A DNA stretch of 64,000 nucleotides. Source: Clostridia bacterium. GTDB taxonomy: Bacteria > Bacillota > Clostridia > Oscillospirales > CAG-272. Positions 48,003-57,940 of this stretch are shown piece after piece. Positions within the stretch are counted from its first letter, which is position 1; each line of letters starts with the position of its first letter. The position numbers and the translations under genes were made by a program. The notes under the pieces are model-generated. The model saw only the letters and a list, made by a program, of their open reading frames with translations. It made no database searches and was not told where the DNA came from. The stretch is from assembly GCA_017410065.1 (NCBI GenBank), contig JAFQRL010000025.1:18793-82792 (forward strand), written 5' to 3'.

Positions 48003-49094
48003 ATGTCTAATCGCTTATTTCAATCCATAATACACCAGATAAGAGACGCCGTTGGCAGAACTCTCGGTATCGTTGATGAAAACGGTATCGTCGTTGCTTG
48101 CAGCGAGCTCACAAAGATCGGTGAATCAAAGCAGCGCATCAGAGAGGAGCTCTCCTATTCCACGGATGCGGTAGTCTACGAGGGCTACACCTACCGCTTC
48201 GTTTCATCAAACAACAAAAACGATTGCATCGCCTTCGTTGAGGGCGACGATAATCACGCCTCCCGTATGACCGAGCTTGTTTCCATCTTCATTGGAAATA
48301 TGAAGGATCTCTACGACGAAAAGTATGACAAGACCTCTTTCTTGAAAAGCATCATTCTTGATAACATACTTCCCAGTGATATCTACATAAAATCTAATGA
48401 GCTTCATTTCGCAAGCGAGATGCGCCGCGCAGTTATCGTATTCAGATTCCAATCTGTTGGCGACGTTCCCGCATACGAGATGGTTCAGTCCATAGTGTCC
48501 GAGAGCACCGAGGGTACAAGCTACGTTATCAACATCGGCGAGCAGGACGTTGTAGTTGTCCGCGAGCTCTTTGAGTCCGAGGAGATCGAGGACGTTGAAA
48601 AATACTGCAAGGCTATCCAGGAGAAGATCTCCAAGAGCGGCGTTGCAAAGGCACTTATCGGTATTTCCACCGTTGTGGATAATCTCCGCGATCTTGCAAA
48701 GGCTTATAAGGAGGCAAGGATCTCCCTTGAGGTCGGCAAGGTATTCGATATCGAAAAGCCCATTATGTCTTATGAAAATCTCGGCATTGGAAGGCTTATC
48801 TATCAGCTTCCCACAACGCTTTGCGAGATCTTCCTTCAGGAGGTCTTCAAGAAGGGCTCCCTTGAGTCGCTTGACCGTGAGACTCTCACCACCGTGCAGA
48901 GCTTCTTTGAAAACAACCTGAACGTTTCCGAAACGTCAAGAAAGCTTTTCGTGCACAGAAACACTCTTGTATACAGACTTGACAAGATCAGAAAGCTCTC
49001 GGGCCTTGATCTGCGCGAATTTGATCACGCAGTCACCTTCAAGGTTGCCCTGATGGTTAAGAAATATCTTGCAAACAAGCCTGCAAAATTCTAA
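48003..49094 (+). CDS. PucR/CdaR-family transcriptional regulator
   Basis: C-terminal PucR HTH (...NVSETSRKLFVHRNTLVYRLDKIRKLSGLDL...). ATG 48003 with an AAGGAAGGA RBS is preferred over the track's 47922. Confidence 0.8.
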   Translation: MSNRLFQSIIHQIRDAVGRTLGIVDENGIVVACSELTKIGESKQRIREELSYSTDAVVYEGYTYRFVSSNNKNDCIAFVEGDDNHASRMTELVSIFIGNMKDLYDEKYDKTSFLKSIILDNILPSDIYIKSNELHFASEMRRAVIVFRFQSVGDVPAYEMVQSIVSESTEGTSYVINIGEQDVVVVRELFESEEIEDVEKYCKAIQEKISKSGVAKALIGISTVVDNLRDLAKAYKEARISLEVGKVFDIEKPIMSYENLGIGRLIYQLPTTLCEIFLQEVFKKGSLESLDRETLTTVQSFFENNLNVSETSRKLFVHRNTLVYRLDKIRKLSGLDLREFDHAVTFKVALMVKKYLANKPAKF

Positions 49095-49254
49095 AAATAA
49101 TGCTTCGTGGGGTTGCCGTGAACGAACGACGACCCCACAAATAGCAAAGACAGCGCAAGCGCCTGCCGCCATGGCAGATGAAAAATGCCGAGGTCCGTTT
49201 TCGGCGCAAGGCTTTGAAGTCGATCCCCCTCATCGGGATAAATAGGTAAAAAAT

Positions 49255-50658
49255 ATGAAAAAATCAAAAGGAACAGCAAGGCTTGGAGGTGCCGTGGCAC
49301 TTCTCCTCGCCCTTATTATTTCGCTCACCTCCTGCTTCGGTATTCCCTTTGCTCCGGAACCCGAGGTAGACGAGCAGCCAAAGGAAAAGATACTTGAAAA
49401 CATCGAAAAAACCGAGGAGAGCAACACTCGCTCCTACGATAACTTCGGCGACTATCTCGTTGAGTGGGGCTTCCCTGCCTTCAACGAAGACAAGGTCGAA
49501 TGGGCTGAAGCTGTTATGCTCCAGCACTATTACTTTGACGGCGGTATTCCCTCTCTTAAAGCAGACGTTATGCCGAGAGCGGCGGCGGTCGCAAGGATAT
49601 TCCTTGAGAGCTTCTACGACGAGATAGACCGCACCGATAAAGTTGCCGTTACCGACGCTATCATCAATTCGCTCGTTGAGTTTTCGGGCGACCCCTACGG
49701 CGTTTACAGAGTTCTTGAGGTGTCCGAGGACTATAACGAAAATATGAGCGGCTCCTTCGGAGGCATCGGAGTTATAGTTGAATATAACGACGACGATCTC
49801 ACGGTTATGATCAACGAGGTTATGATCGGCTCTCCTGCCGAGAAGGCGGGCATCAAGGTCGGCGATCTTGTGTATGCGGTCGACGGTATGCTTGTTTCCG
49901 AGGTCGGTCATCGCAACGCTATAAATTACGTGAGAGGCGAGGTTGGAACCACCGTCCGTCTCACTATGCTTCGCGACGGCGAGCTTCTTGAATTCACAGC
50001 GGTCCGCGAGCTTGTTGCGGTCCAGACGGTTGGCTACGGCGTCACCGAGGAAAACTACGGCTATATCCAAGTCACCTCCTTTAAGGACAACACCGACGAT
50101 CAGTTTATCGAGGCTGTTGACGCACTTATGGCAGAGGGGGTCGACGGACTTATCATTGATATGAGAAACAACCTTGGCGGTTACGTTCACGTTGCCGCAA
50201 GTATGGTCTCCTATCTTCTTCCCTCGGGGCTCCCTATCATCAGCTACGATTATAAGAGTATGACGGATAAGGTGCTCTACACGGCAGAGGACACGACGAG
50301 CTCCGGCGAGAAGCTTGATTCGGTCATTGATCTTCCTCTTGTTATTCTTTGCAACGAATACACCGCATCCGCCTCGGAGATCTTCACCTCAGCTATCAGA
50401 GATTACGATAAGAGCGGCGAGGTCGAAGCAACCATAGTTGGCACACAGTCCTATAAGAAGGGCATAATCCAGTCTGCCGCGGGCTATTCCGACGGCTCAA
50501 CTCTCACCATCACGGTGGCTTACTATTATCCCCCGTCGGGCGAGCTTCTTCACGGCGTTGGCATCACTCCCGACGTTATAGTTGAGAACACCGCCGAGGA
50601 GGATCTTCAATTCAGTGCCGCAATTGAGGAGATGAAAAAGCTCCTTGCGGCAGAATGA
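49255..50658 (+). CDS. S41-family C-terminal processing peptidase (lipoprotein, PDZ-containing)
   Basis: Lipobox LTSC. PDZ-like segment (SPAEKAGIKVGDLVYAVDG). Catalytic-region TASASEIF. Confidence 0.85.
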   Translation: MKKSKGTARLGGAVALLLALIISLTSCFGIPFAPEPEVDEQPKEKILENIEKTEESNTRSYDNFGDYLVEWGFPAFNEDKVEWAEAVMLQHYYFDGGIPSLKADVMPRAAAVARIFLESFYDEIDRTDKVAVTDAIINSLVEFSGDPYGVYRVLEVSEDYNENMSGSFGGIGVIVEYNDDDLTVMINEVMIGSPAEKAGIKVGDLVYAVDGMLVSEVGHRNAINYVRGEVGTTVRLTMLRDGELLEFTAVRELVAVQTVGYGVTEENYGYIQVTSFKDNTDDQFIEAVDALMAEGVDGLIIDMRNNLGGYVHVAASMVSYLLPSGLPIISYDYKSMTDKVLYTAEDTTSSGEKLDSVIDLPLVILCNEYTASASEIFTSAIRDYDKSGEVEATIVGTQSYKKGIIQSAAGYSDGSTLTITVAYYYPPSGELLHGVGITPDVIVENTAEEDLQFSAAIEEMKKLLAAE

Positions 50659-50742
50659 TAAAACCCAAAAATCTTGCGATTTTTATTAATAATGTAAATT
50701 ATTATTTGCAAAACCAATATAATTAATAGGAGAAACATTCAA

Positions 50743-51222
50743 ATGGCAGAAGCAAAAACCTACACACAAGCAGGCTTTGACGCGTTGCAGAAGGAGCTCG
50801 ACTACCTTGTTAACGTGAGAGCCGAGGAAAATAAAAAGGAGATCTCAACCGCCCGCGCATTCGGCGACCTTTCGGAGAATTCCGAGTACGATGAGGCAAA
50901 GCAGGAGCAGGCAAAGATCCACGCAAGGATCGACGAGCTCCGCGAGATGATCGCAAACGCAGAGGTCGTTGACGAATCCAAGATCGACGAATCCAAGATC
51001 AGCGTTGGCTCTATCGTTGTGGTCAAGAGTGAGAAGATGGGCGAGAAGACCTATCACATCGTCGGCTCCTACGAGACCGACCCCAAGAACGGCAAGATCT
51101 CCGATGCTTCCCCTATCGGTCTTGCACTTATCGGCGCAAGAGAGGGCGACACAGTCGTTGTTAACGCGGCTCGCGGCTCAATGGAGCTTAAGGTCGTTCG
51201 CGTAACCAGAGCAAAGGATTGA
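50743..51222 (+). CDS. greA: Transcription elongation factor GreA
   Basis: ...A...GDLSENSEYDEAK... coiled-coil tip motif and C-terminal ...SPIG.AL.G...GD.V. Confidence 0.95.
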   Translation: MAEAKTYTQAGFDALQKELDYLVNVRAEENKKEISTARAFGDLSENSEYDEAKQEQAKIHARIDELREMIANAEVVDESKIDESKISVGSIVVVKSEKMGEKTYHIVGSYETDPKNGKISDASPIGLALIGAREGDTVVVNAARGSMELKVVRVTRAKD

Positions 51223-51288
51223 TATTCCTCCGAATTTTGAGGCTATCGTTTAAAGGTATTCAAAGCTAATCAGAAAGAAGGACTAAAA

Positions 51289-52794
51289 ATGGCACAGGAA
51301 AATGCAAATCAGATGAGCTCCACAAGCGAGCTTGCCGTCCGCAGAGAGAAGCTTCAGGCTCTCTATGATTCGGGCAATAATCCTTTTGAAATAACCAAGT
51401 ATGAGGTAACTCACGAGAGCGTTGACGCCATCGCACTTTACGAGGCGCGCGAAGCTACTCTTGCAGAGGGTGAGGAGATCACAGTAAGGCTTGCGGGCAG
51501 ACTTGTCAGCCGCAGAATTATGGGTAAGGCATCCTTCGCTCATATGCTTGACGGTAAGGGTAAGATCCAGCTTTACGTTGCACGCGACGGTATCGGCGAG
51601 GAGTCCTACGCCGCATTCAAGAAGTGGGACGTTGGCGACGTTATCGGCGTTGAGGGTCATCTTTTCCGCACAAGAACGGGCGAGATCTCCGTACACCTCA
51701 CAAGCGCGACCCTTCTTGCAAAATCGCTCCTTCCCCTCCCTGAGAAGTTCCACGGTCTCACCAATCTTGAGCAGAGATATCGCCAGAGATACGTTGACCT
51801 TATCGTAAATCCCGAGGTTAAGGACACCTTCGTGAAGCGTTCCAAGATCCTCACTCTTATCAGAAATTACCTTGATTCCAAGGGATATCTTGAGGTTGAC
51901 ACGCCTATTCTTCTTCCTATTGAGATCGGCGCATCCGCTCGTCCCTTCGTTACTCATCACAACACCCTTGATATTCCTATGTATCTCCGTATTGAGACCG
52001 AGCTTTATCTTAAGAGGCTTATCGTCGGCGGTATGAACAAGGTTTACGAGGTCGGCCGTATCTTCAGAAACGAGGGTATGGACCAGAAGCACAACCCCGA
52101 GTTCACCACCATCGAGCTTTACGAGGCATACACCGATTACTACGGTATGATGGACCTTGTTGAGGAGCTCTATAAGATGCTTGCAAAGGAAGTCTGCGGC
52201 GACACAAAGATCACCTATCAGGGCACCGAGATCGACCTCGGCAAGTGGGAGAGACTCACTATGGTCGAGGCTGTTAAGAAGTACGCAGGCGTTGATTACA
52301 ACGACTGGAAGACCGACGAGGAGGCTCGCGCGGTTGCCAAGGAAAAGCACGTTGAAGTGCCCGAGGACGCAACTCGCGGAACCGTACTTATCGAATTCTT
52401 CGATGCATACGTTGAGGATAAGCTTATTCAGCCCACCTTCATCTACGACTACCCCGTTGAGAACAGCCCTCTCGCAAAGAGAAAGCCCACAAATCCCGCC
52501 TTCACCGAGAGATTTGAGTATTTCATCAACTGCACCGAGTACGGCAACGCCTTCTCCGAGCTTAACGACCCCATCGACCAGCGCGCAAGATTTGAGTCGC
52601 AGGTCGCAAAGAAAAAGGCAGAAAACCCCGACACCACCGCAGAGGTCGACTACGACTACGTCACCGCCCTCGAGTACGGTATGCCCCCCACAGGAGGCCT
52701 CGGCTTCGGCGTCGACCGCCTCGTTATGCTCCTCACCGACTCCGCTTCCATCAGGGATGTTTTGCTCTTCCCTACTATGAAGCCGGAAACCTAA
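51289..52794 (+). CDS. lysS: Lysine--tRNA ligase (class II)
   Basis: An OB-fold N-terminal domain is followed by FRNEG, and the class II motifs run to GLG.G.DRLVML. Confidence 0.95.
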   Translation: MAQENANQMSSTSELAVRREKLQALYDSGNNPFEITKYEVTHESVDAIALYEAREATLAEGEEITVRLAGRLVSRRIMGKASFAHMLDGKGKIQLYVARDGIGEESYAAFKKWDVGDVIGVEGHLFRTRTGEISVHLTSATLLAKSLLPLPEKFHGLTNLEQRYRQRYVDLIVNPEVKDTFVKRSKILTLIRNYLDSKGYLEVDTPILLPIEIGASARPFVTHHNTLDIPMYLRIETELYLKRLIVGGMNKVYEVGRIFRNEGMDQKHNPEFTTIELYEAYTDYYGMMDLVEELYKMLAKEVCGDTKITYQGTEIDLGKWERLTMVEAVKKYAGVDYNDWKTDEEARAVAKEKHVEVPEDATRGTVLIEFFDAYVEDKLIQPTFIYDYPVENSPLAKRKPTNPAFTERFEYFINCTEYGNAFSELNDPIDQRARFESQVAKKKAENPDTTAEVDYDYVTALEYGMPPTGGLGFGVDRLVMLLTDSASIRDVLLFPTMKPET

Positions 52795-52935
52795 TAACAA
52801 GGCTGAAACTCCTTGTATTTGCTGGGTTTTTAAGAAATTCAGTGCGTGAAATGGTACGCCATTACACCAATTTTACGCCAATTTGTGCAGAGTAACACTC
52901 TTTGCACACGGAATGTACTAAGAATACACAATTTA

Positions 52936-52985
52936 AGAGCTATGAATTAAGCGTTATTATGCGCCGTTCATAGCTCTTTTTGTTT
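52936..52985 (+). terminator. Terminator-like hairpin at the island edge
   Basis: AGAGCTATGAA (52936-52946) / TTCATAGCTCT (52967-52977) followed by TTTTGTTTT. Confidence 0.5.
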
Positions 52986-53007
52986 TGCAAAAGAAAGGAG
53001 AAAAATT

Positions 53008-53721
53008 ATGAAACAAAATATTTATGAAATACCGAAGGTACACCCATTTATAAAAACGCTTGAAAAGGTCAAGGAACTGCGCGATAATCTCGACGAGCAT
53101 ATTGAGATAACCAGTCAGCTTTGGGTGGACGGCAAGGCGAGTGATGCTTATTATTACTCCGCTGAAATCTACCACGAATGCCAGAAGATTCTTGTCAATG
53201 CCGCCTCACTTATGTCCTGCGCAGGCAATAAAAACGCAGTAAGCGATGTAGGAAAGCTTATCAAATCCGCAATTCCCATAGAGGTTGGATATACCCAAGA
53301 AGGTTGGTTTTGCGTGCGTTTTCCCGCGCTGCTGCCGAAGAAAGAAAAAGGCTCTACCGACTATGTGAGAGATATACTATACACAGCGCTAAGCGACTTT
53401 TTCAGGCAGCATCCTACCATCAAATACGGCAAGTGTATGATAGCTTATCGCCACGTGTACGACCGAGATTACCCCGAGCGTCATTGGCGCGACCACGACA
53501 ACGTGGATATCAATATGGCATCTGATACTGTTGCACTTTTCGTGATGAAGGACGATAGCCCTCATTACTGTGAGCATCACTATTGCAGCGTAGCGGGGAG
53601 CGAGAACCGCACCGAGATTTACGTTGTACCCATAGAGGATATAAACGCTTGGAATACCGCACGGCAAAGCTATGCCGACGATGGTGTAACGCTATTTGAA
53701 AACCCGAAAACGCGATTATAG
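53008..53721 (+). CDS. Hypothetical protein with a weak RusA-like acidic motif
   Basis: AAGGAGA RBS. ...RDHDNVDINMASDTVALFVMKDD... resembles the DxDN...DD arrangement of RusA-type resolvases. No other recognisable feature. Confidence 0.55.
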   Translation: MKQNIYEIPKVHPFIKTLEKVKELRDNLDEHIEITSQLWVDGKASDAYYYSAEIYHECQKILVNAASLMSCAGNKNAVSDVGKLIKSAIPIEVGYTQEGWFCVRFPALLPKKEKGSTDYVRDILYTALSDFFRQHPTIKYGKCMIAYRHVYDRDYPERHWRDHDNVDINMASDTVALFVMKDDSPHYCEHHYCSVAGSENRTEIYVVPIEDINAWNTARQSYADDGVTLFENPKTRL

Positions 53722-53894
53722 CAAGGTGTAAAAACCTCAATTTTTGGTGTAAAAATTATTGCACCTCACAGACAGCACAAAAAACCTTGAAAATACTGCA
53801 CTTTTCAAGCTTTTAAGCAAAAGAAATCCGACATTGAGTGCAGTCATTATGTCGGATTTCTCACAATTATTCAATTTTGAAAGGAGAACACAAT

Positions 53895-55049
53895 ATGAAA
53901 ATTCTAAAACCCGGCAGTCAGCTACATAGACTCATTTCGCTGCTTTCCGTATGCGGTGAATTTTCCGTAAAATCTCTGGATTTACTCGGAAACAAACGCC
54001 TATACAGGAGAGTTGTGAGCGAATGTACAGTTCCCGTAACTCTCCAAAACCCAATCACAAAAGAAACCATATCACTCCCCAAAATCTTCATACTCACCGG
54101 CAAGGGACGAATGAAATCAATTCGCTTATACAAGGGCGCGCGCCCCATACTCACTTGGATTGGCGAGGGTAATTATTACGACTCAATCTGCTACGGCTAT
54201 AATATGCCGATGACTACGGCACACGTCGACCGTAACCATAGAGTTGCCGAAACTCTCGCCGCCTTTATGGATGCAGGATTCTATTATTTGCCGCACACGC
54301 TCCCCAGACTCAAATCAGATGGAATCAACCGAATCATAACGACGCAACCGCTTGCCTATCCCTCTCGTATGTTAAAGCTTACGGACAACGGTGAGGGCAA
54401 CAAAACCGGCTTTTCCCGCATAACCGGGGCAGTCTTCGCCGGAGGCGACTGCTATGCAGTTTACAATACGCGAAATGCGGTTATGAAATGGTCTGGCAAA
54501 GGTGAGACGAAGGCAATGGTAAGTTTAAAGCAGTTATCCATCGTTAATTCCGGTATTGATCAGGATCGCCTACCCGTATTATTCTTCGGTGCATCACATG
54601 AGGTCGCATTTCGCTCAATGCTTGCAATGAGAAAAGCAACTAACATTAATTTGCGTTTCGATATGTTTGCGCCCAGAATACATTTTATACCACTAAATCG
54701 GTATGGTGCGAGATTCATAAAATTCATCTCCATACCGAGATGGCGAGAGCATTTACTTGAGTTGCTATTTGGCGAGGATCAAATAGTAAAGCTTACAAGT
54801 TTCGAATATGACGCAAAAATCAACGGCACATACATTCTTTCCCATCTTGACTCCGACCTATGCCGCCTGAACCGCTTTCGCGAGGCGATAATTGATGAAC
54901 CTGATGAAAAATACGAGGTTTTATGCTTCGAGTGGCAATACGATTTCGTCAAGAAGTTCCTCGACGATCTCGCCAAGGTAACGGTTATCAGCTTTGATGA
55001 AGTGGATAAAGAACTGTCCGAGTATTACAGTCGATACCTAATTAAATAG
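53895..55049 (+). CDS. Hypothetical protein, N-terminal winged-helix-like, possibly replication-relaxation-type
   Basis: AAGGAGA RBS before ATG 53895. The N-terminal QLHRLISLLSVCGEFSVKSLDLLG looks like wHTH. The functional guess is weak. Confidence 0.55.
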   Translation: MKILKPGSQLHRLISLLSVCGEFSVKSLDLLGNKRLYRRVVSECTVPVTLQNPITKETISLPKIFILTGKGRMKSIRLYKGARPILTWIGEGNYYDSICYGYNMPMTTAHVDRNHRVAETLAAFMDAGFYYLPHTLPRLKSDGINRIITTQPLAYPSRMLKLTDNGEGNKTGFSRITGAVFAGGDCYAVYNTRNAVMKWSGKGETKAMVSLKQLSIVNSGIDQDRLPVLFFGASHEVAFRSMLAMRKATNINLRFDMFAPRIHFIPLNRYGARFIKFISIPRWREHLLELLFGEDQIVKLTSFEYDAKINGTYILSHLDSDLCRLNRFREAIIDEPDEKYEVLCFEWQYDFVKKFLDDLAKVTVISFDEVDKELSEYYSRYLIK

Positions 55050-55197
55050 CCGCCCCGCCCCTGCTGTCAGACTCATTTTGAAAATAAGGAAAAGTCCCAT
55101 ACTCACCCCAAGTTCAAATTGAGTCTGATATATCGGGCATTCAGCGACGCTCCCAGCAGTCTTTAAACATCAATTTGTAAACAATTATCCCACCATA

Positions 55198-55249
55198 TTG
55201 ACAAATACGTCTACAAGTGGTAGACTATATGTGTCTACAAACATTAGAC
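55198..55249 (+). promoter_or_regulatory. Promoter (TTGACA) plus two BlaI/MecI-type operator dyads
   Basis: TTGACA at 55198-55203. Dyads GTCTAC-N5-GTAGAC (55209-55225) and GTCTA-N7-TAGAC (55233-55249) contain the TACA/TGTA cores typical of BlaI-family operators. Confidence 0.55.
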
Positions 55250-55262
55250 GGAGGATTTTACC

Positions 55263-55625
55263 ATGAAGGAAACCAGACTTGGAGTTATCGAATCGAGATT
55301 TGCTGATATTGTTTGGGAGCGCGCCCCGCTTTCCACGTCGGAGCTTATCAAGCTTTGCGAAGCGGAGTTCAATTGGAAGCGCACCACAACTTACACCGTA
55401 TTAAAAAGACTTTCCGAACGCGGAATTTTCAAGAACGATAACGGAACTGTTACGGTCTTAATTTCAAAAGACGAGTTTTATTCTATGCAAAGTGAAAAGG
55501 TTGTTAACGAGAGCTTTGGCGGTTCACTCCCTGCTTTCATAGCCGCTTTTACCTCAAGGCAAAATTTGAGTGAAGACAAGATAGCGCAAATCAAAGCCAT
55601 AATCGAAAATATGAAAAGGAGCTGA
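55263..55625 (+). CDS. BlaI/MecI/CopY-family transcriptional repressor
   Basis: 120 aa. wHTH ...W.....S..EL........W...T..T.L.RL..KG... Confidence 0.85.
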   Translation: MKETRLGVIESRFADIVWERAPLSTSELIKLCEAEFNWKRTTTYTVLKRLSERGIFKNDNGTVTVLISKDEFYSMQSEKVVNESFGGSLPAFIAAFTSRQNLSEDKIAQIKAIIENMKRS

Positions 55626-55627
55626 CG

Positions 55628-57568
55628 ATGGAGTATTTATTCATACACGTATTGAATATAAGCATCGCTGCAAGCTTCCTCGTTTTAGCCATTATTCTTT
55701 ATCGCTCATTTGCTAAAAAAGCACCAAAATGGATTTCGGTTTTGCTTTGGGGACTTGTTGGTTTAAGATTGCTTTTCCCTTTCAGTATTGAAAGCGCATT
55801 GAGTCTTATACCGAGCAAGAATACCATACCTACTACGATTACGCACGATAGATATCCCGCACTTGATACCGGATTTGAAAATGTTGACGAAATCGTTAAT
55901 CCCATTCTTTCGGGTTCGATGGAAGCTCGTCCTGAATATAGCGCAAATCCCATGCACGTATGGATAACTGCGCTCGGTTGGATTTGGCTCGCTGTTATGC
56001 TCTGTATGCTACTCTATATGGCAGCATCGTTTATTTATCTGCGTATAAAAACAAGAGTTAAGGTAGAGCGCGAAGACAACGTATATCTTTGTGATTATGT
56101 AAAAACACCGTTTATACTCGGAATCATCAGACCGCGCATTTATCTACCCTCTGACATATCCGATAAGGATTATTCTCTTGTTGTGGCGCACGAAAGAGCG
56201 CACATAAAACGCCTGGATTATATTTGGAAACCGCTAGGGTTCTTGCTTCTCTCTATCTATTGGTTCAATCCGCTTTTGTGGGTTGCTTACGTGCTTCTGT
56301 GCCGTGACATTGAGTCGGCTTGTGACGAAAAAGTCATTTCCAATCTTGGCGATAACGAAAAAGCCGATTATTCAGAAGCACTTTTGACACTCGGCATAAA
56401 AAACAGAGTCATTTCCGCGTGCCCCCTGGCTTTCGGAGAAGTATCTGTCAAGTCAAGAGTATCGGCTATTTCAAAATATAAAAAGCCTGCAACTATTGCG
56501 ATAGTTATTTCACTTGTAGTTTGCACAATCTTTGCAGTTTGCTTTTTGACTTACAAAAAGAACAATGCCGTAGCTGTGGAGCAAGGAATTTGGTATGCCG
56601 GAAAGGTAATCGGCTCAACTGATGCAAATGCGACCTGCGACGATGTTCCGCTATTTGTTTTTACCGAGAACGGTGACTTGCTCGTAGAATCTAAGAATCT
56701 TGCTGACCTTTCTTACGTTAGGCTCGGTAAGATGAATACCGCATACGTATCCAAAAGCGAATACGAATCACTTTTCGAAGGAGTCACCTTCCGTGAAGGC
56801 TATGATGCTGAATATTTCCATAATGTCATCAAAGCTGCGTGGAGAATAACTCCGTCTGTTTCTTCGGGAATTGACCACAAAGAAGTATACCTTTTACGCA
56901 CCGAAAAAGAGCTTTATATGGGTTATGCCGATGACGGAAAAATTGGCACGCTCTATGAGCTTAGGTTTAATGAAGCCTTGCCAACATATCTTTATACTCT
57001 TAAATATACTTCCCCCGAGGTTAATAACGCGGCTTTAATTCTCGATTCAAGCAAAGGAAACGGACGTATAACATTTGGGGATCATTCGAGTTATACAGCG
57101 CTTGGTACTTATGAATACAAAAATTCGAAGCTGATCTTTACAACCACGGATTACTTTGAATTAAAGCTTGTGTTCCTCGACGTAGGCGGTGCACTTATAT
57201 ATTCCGAAAAAGACTCCGATACACATGGATTATCCGGTTTGTTCCCTGATGGGATTTTGTTCCACGGCTATTATCAGCTTTATGGTGCTTCGCAATGTAC
57301 AAAATTCTTTGATATCAACAACGATGGAAATCACGAGCTGGTATCTGTAAATATAGGAAACAGCGGTACACTTTGGTATCTCGTTCATTCGCAGGGAGTT
57401 GCTCTCGCAAACAGCACCATTCCTTTCACAAAATACGATGATATCAGATTTGAGGAAAAGGACAGTTCTCTTTACCTTGTTTGTGAGTATAGTGACGTTG
57501 ATTTCAATTCTTATCGTTATAAGGTAACCTTTGATGGCAAAAATCTTATCTTTACTCCGGAGGAATAA
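55628..57568 (+). CDS. BlaR1/M56-family membrane metalloprotease-sensor with a non-PBP C-terminal domain
   Basis: N-terminal TM helices, zinc motif HERAHIKRLD (HExxH), a further TM helix and then a ~330-aa extracellular domain. By eye I found no S-x-x-K penicillin-binding motif in that domain. Confidence 0.8.
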   Translation: MEYLFIHVLNISIAASFLVLAIILYRSFAKKAPKWISVLLWGLVGLRLLFPFSIESALSLIPSKNTIPTTITHDRYPALDTGFENVDEIVNPILSGSMEARPEYSANPMHVWITALGWIWLAVMLCMLLYMAASFIYLRIKTRVKVEREDNVYLCDYVKTPFILGIIRPRIYLPSDISDKDYSLVVAHERAHIKRLDYIWKPLGFLLLSIYWFNPLLWVAYVLLCRDIESACDEKVISNLGDNEKADYSEALLTLGIKNRVISACPLAFGEVSVKSRVSAISKYKKPATIAIVISLVVCTIFAVCFLTYKKNNAVAVEQGIWYAGKVIGSTDANATCDDVPLFVFTENGDLLVESKNLADLSYVRLGKMNTAYVSKSEYESLFEGVTFREGYDAEYFHNVIKAAWRITPSVSSGIDHKEVYLLRTEKELYMGYADDGKIGTLYELRFNEALPTYLYTLKYTSPEVNNAALILDSSKGNGRITFGDHSSYTALGTYEYKNSKLIFTTTDYFELKLVFLDVGGALIYSEKDSDTHGLSGLFPDGILFHGYYQLYGASQCTKFFDINNDGNHELVSVNIGNSGTLWYLVHSQGVALANSTIPFTKYDDIRFEEKDSSLYLVCEYSDVDFNSYRYKVTFDGKNLIFTPEE

Positions 57569-57571
57569 TGA

Positions 57572-57940
57572 ATGAAAAGTTATAAAGTGTTATTTACTAT
57601 CGGTTGCGTTGTTATCGCTTTAATCGTAGGTATGATTATCGGTATTATGCTCCCTGAAAAAACTGTGGATTTTAACGGTAGAGTAACGGGCATAACCGAG
57701 AAAGAAGACGGAACTTATTTATTAAAAGCCGAATCAATTGCAGGTGGAGAGTTTTCGTTTATAATAGATAGCAAGAGTGATCTTGAAAACTACTGTGATG
57801 AGGACATTACCGTAGATGATATATCGGTTGGCGGAATAGTGCTTATAAACTATCGAAACTCTCTTTTTAAAAAGGCTGAAATAAAAACAGTTAAGGACTT
57901 ATCTTATTTTACCGGTTCGGAGAATACTAATGGGAATTAA
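57572..57940 (+). CDS. Small membrane-anchored/exported hypothetical protein
   Basis: GGAGGA RBS, an N-terminal TM/signal anchor and a ~90-aa beta-rich ectodomain. Confidence 0.6.
   Translation: MKSYKVLFTIGCVVIALIVGMIIGIMLPEKTVDFNGRVTGITEKEDGTYLLKAESIAGGEFSFIIDSKSDLENYCDEDITVDDISVGGIVLINYRNSLFKKAEIKTVKDLSYFTGSENTNGN

Noticed and set aside
51283-52800. A 505-aa stop-free ORF antisense to the whole of lysS. Similar gene-length antisense ORFs occur opposite hisS (29618-31186, 522 aa), the Gfo/Idh/MocA gene (13040-14449, 469 aa), and at 9950-10912, 18125-18886, 38374-39312, 41863-42783 and 49264-50190.
   Set aside because: All are codon-aligned shadows of well-supported genes. This genome rarely uses TTA/CTA/TCA codons, which keeps the antisense frame open. 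None has an RBS or recognisable motifs, and their products are low-complexity. The coincidence with two class II aaRS genes is noted but gives no evidence of coding.
55628-57568. Annotating the M56 protein as a beta-lactam sensor BlaR1/MecR1, with the implication of a beta-lactamase/PBP2a regulon.
   Set aside because: No S-x-x-K/transpeptidase-like motif is seen in the extracellular domain, and the downstream genes are an ABC exporter rather than a beta-lactamase. It is kept as a generic BlaR1-like sensor.
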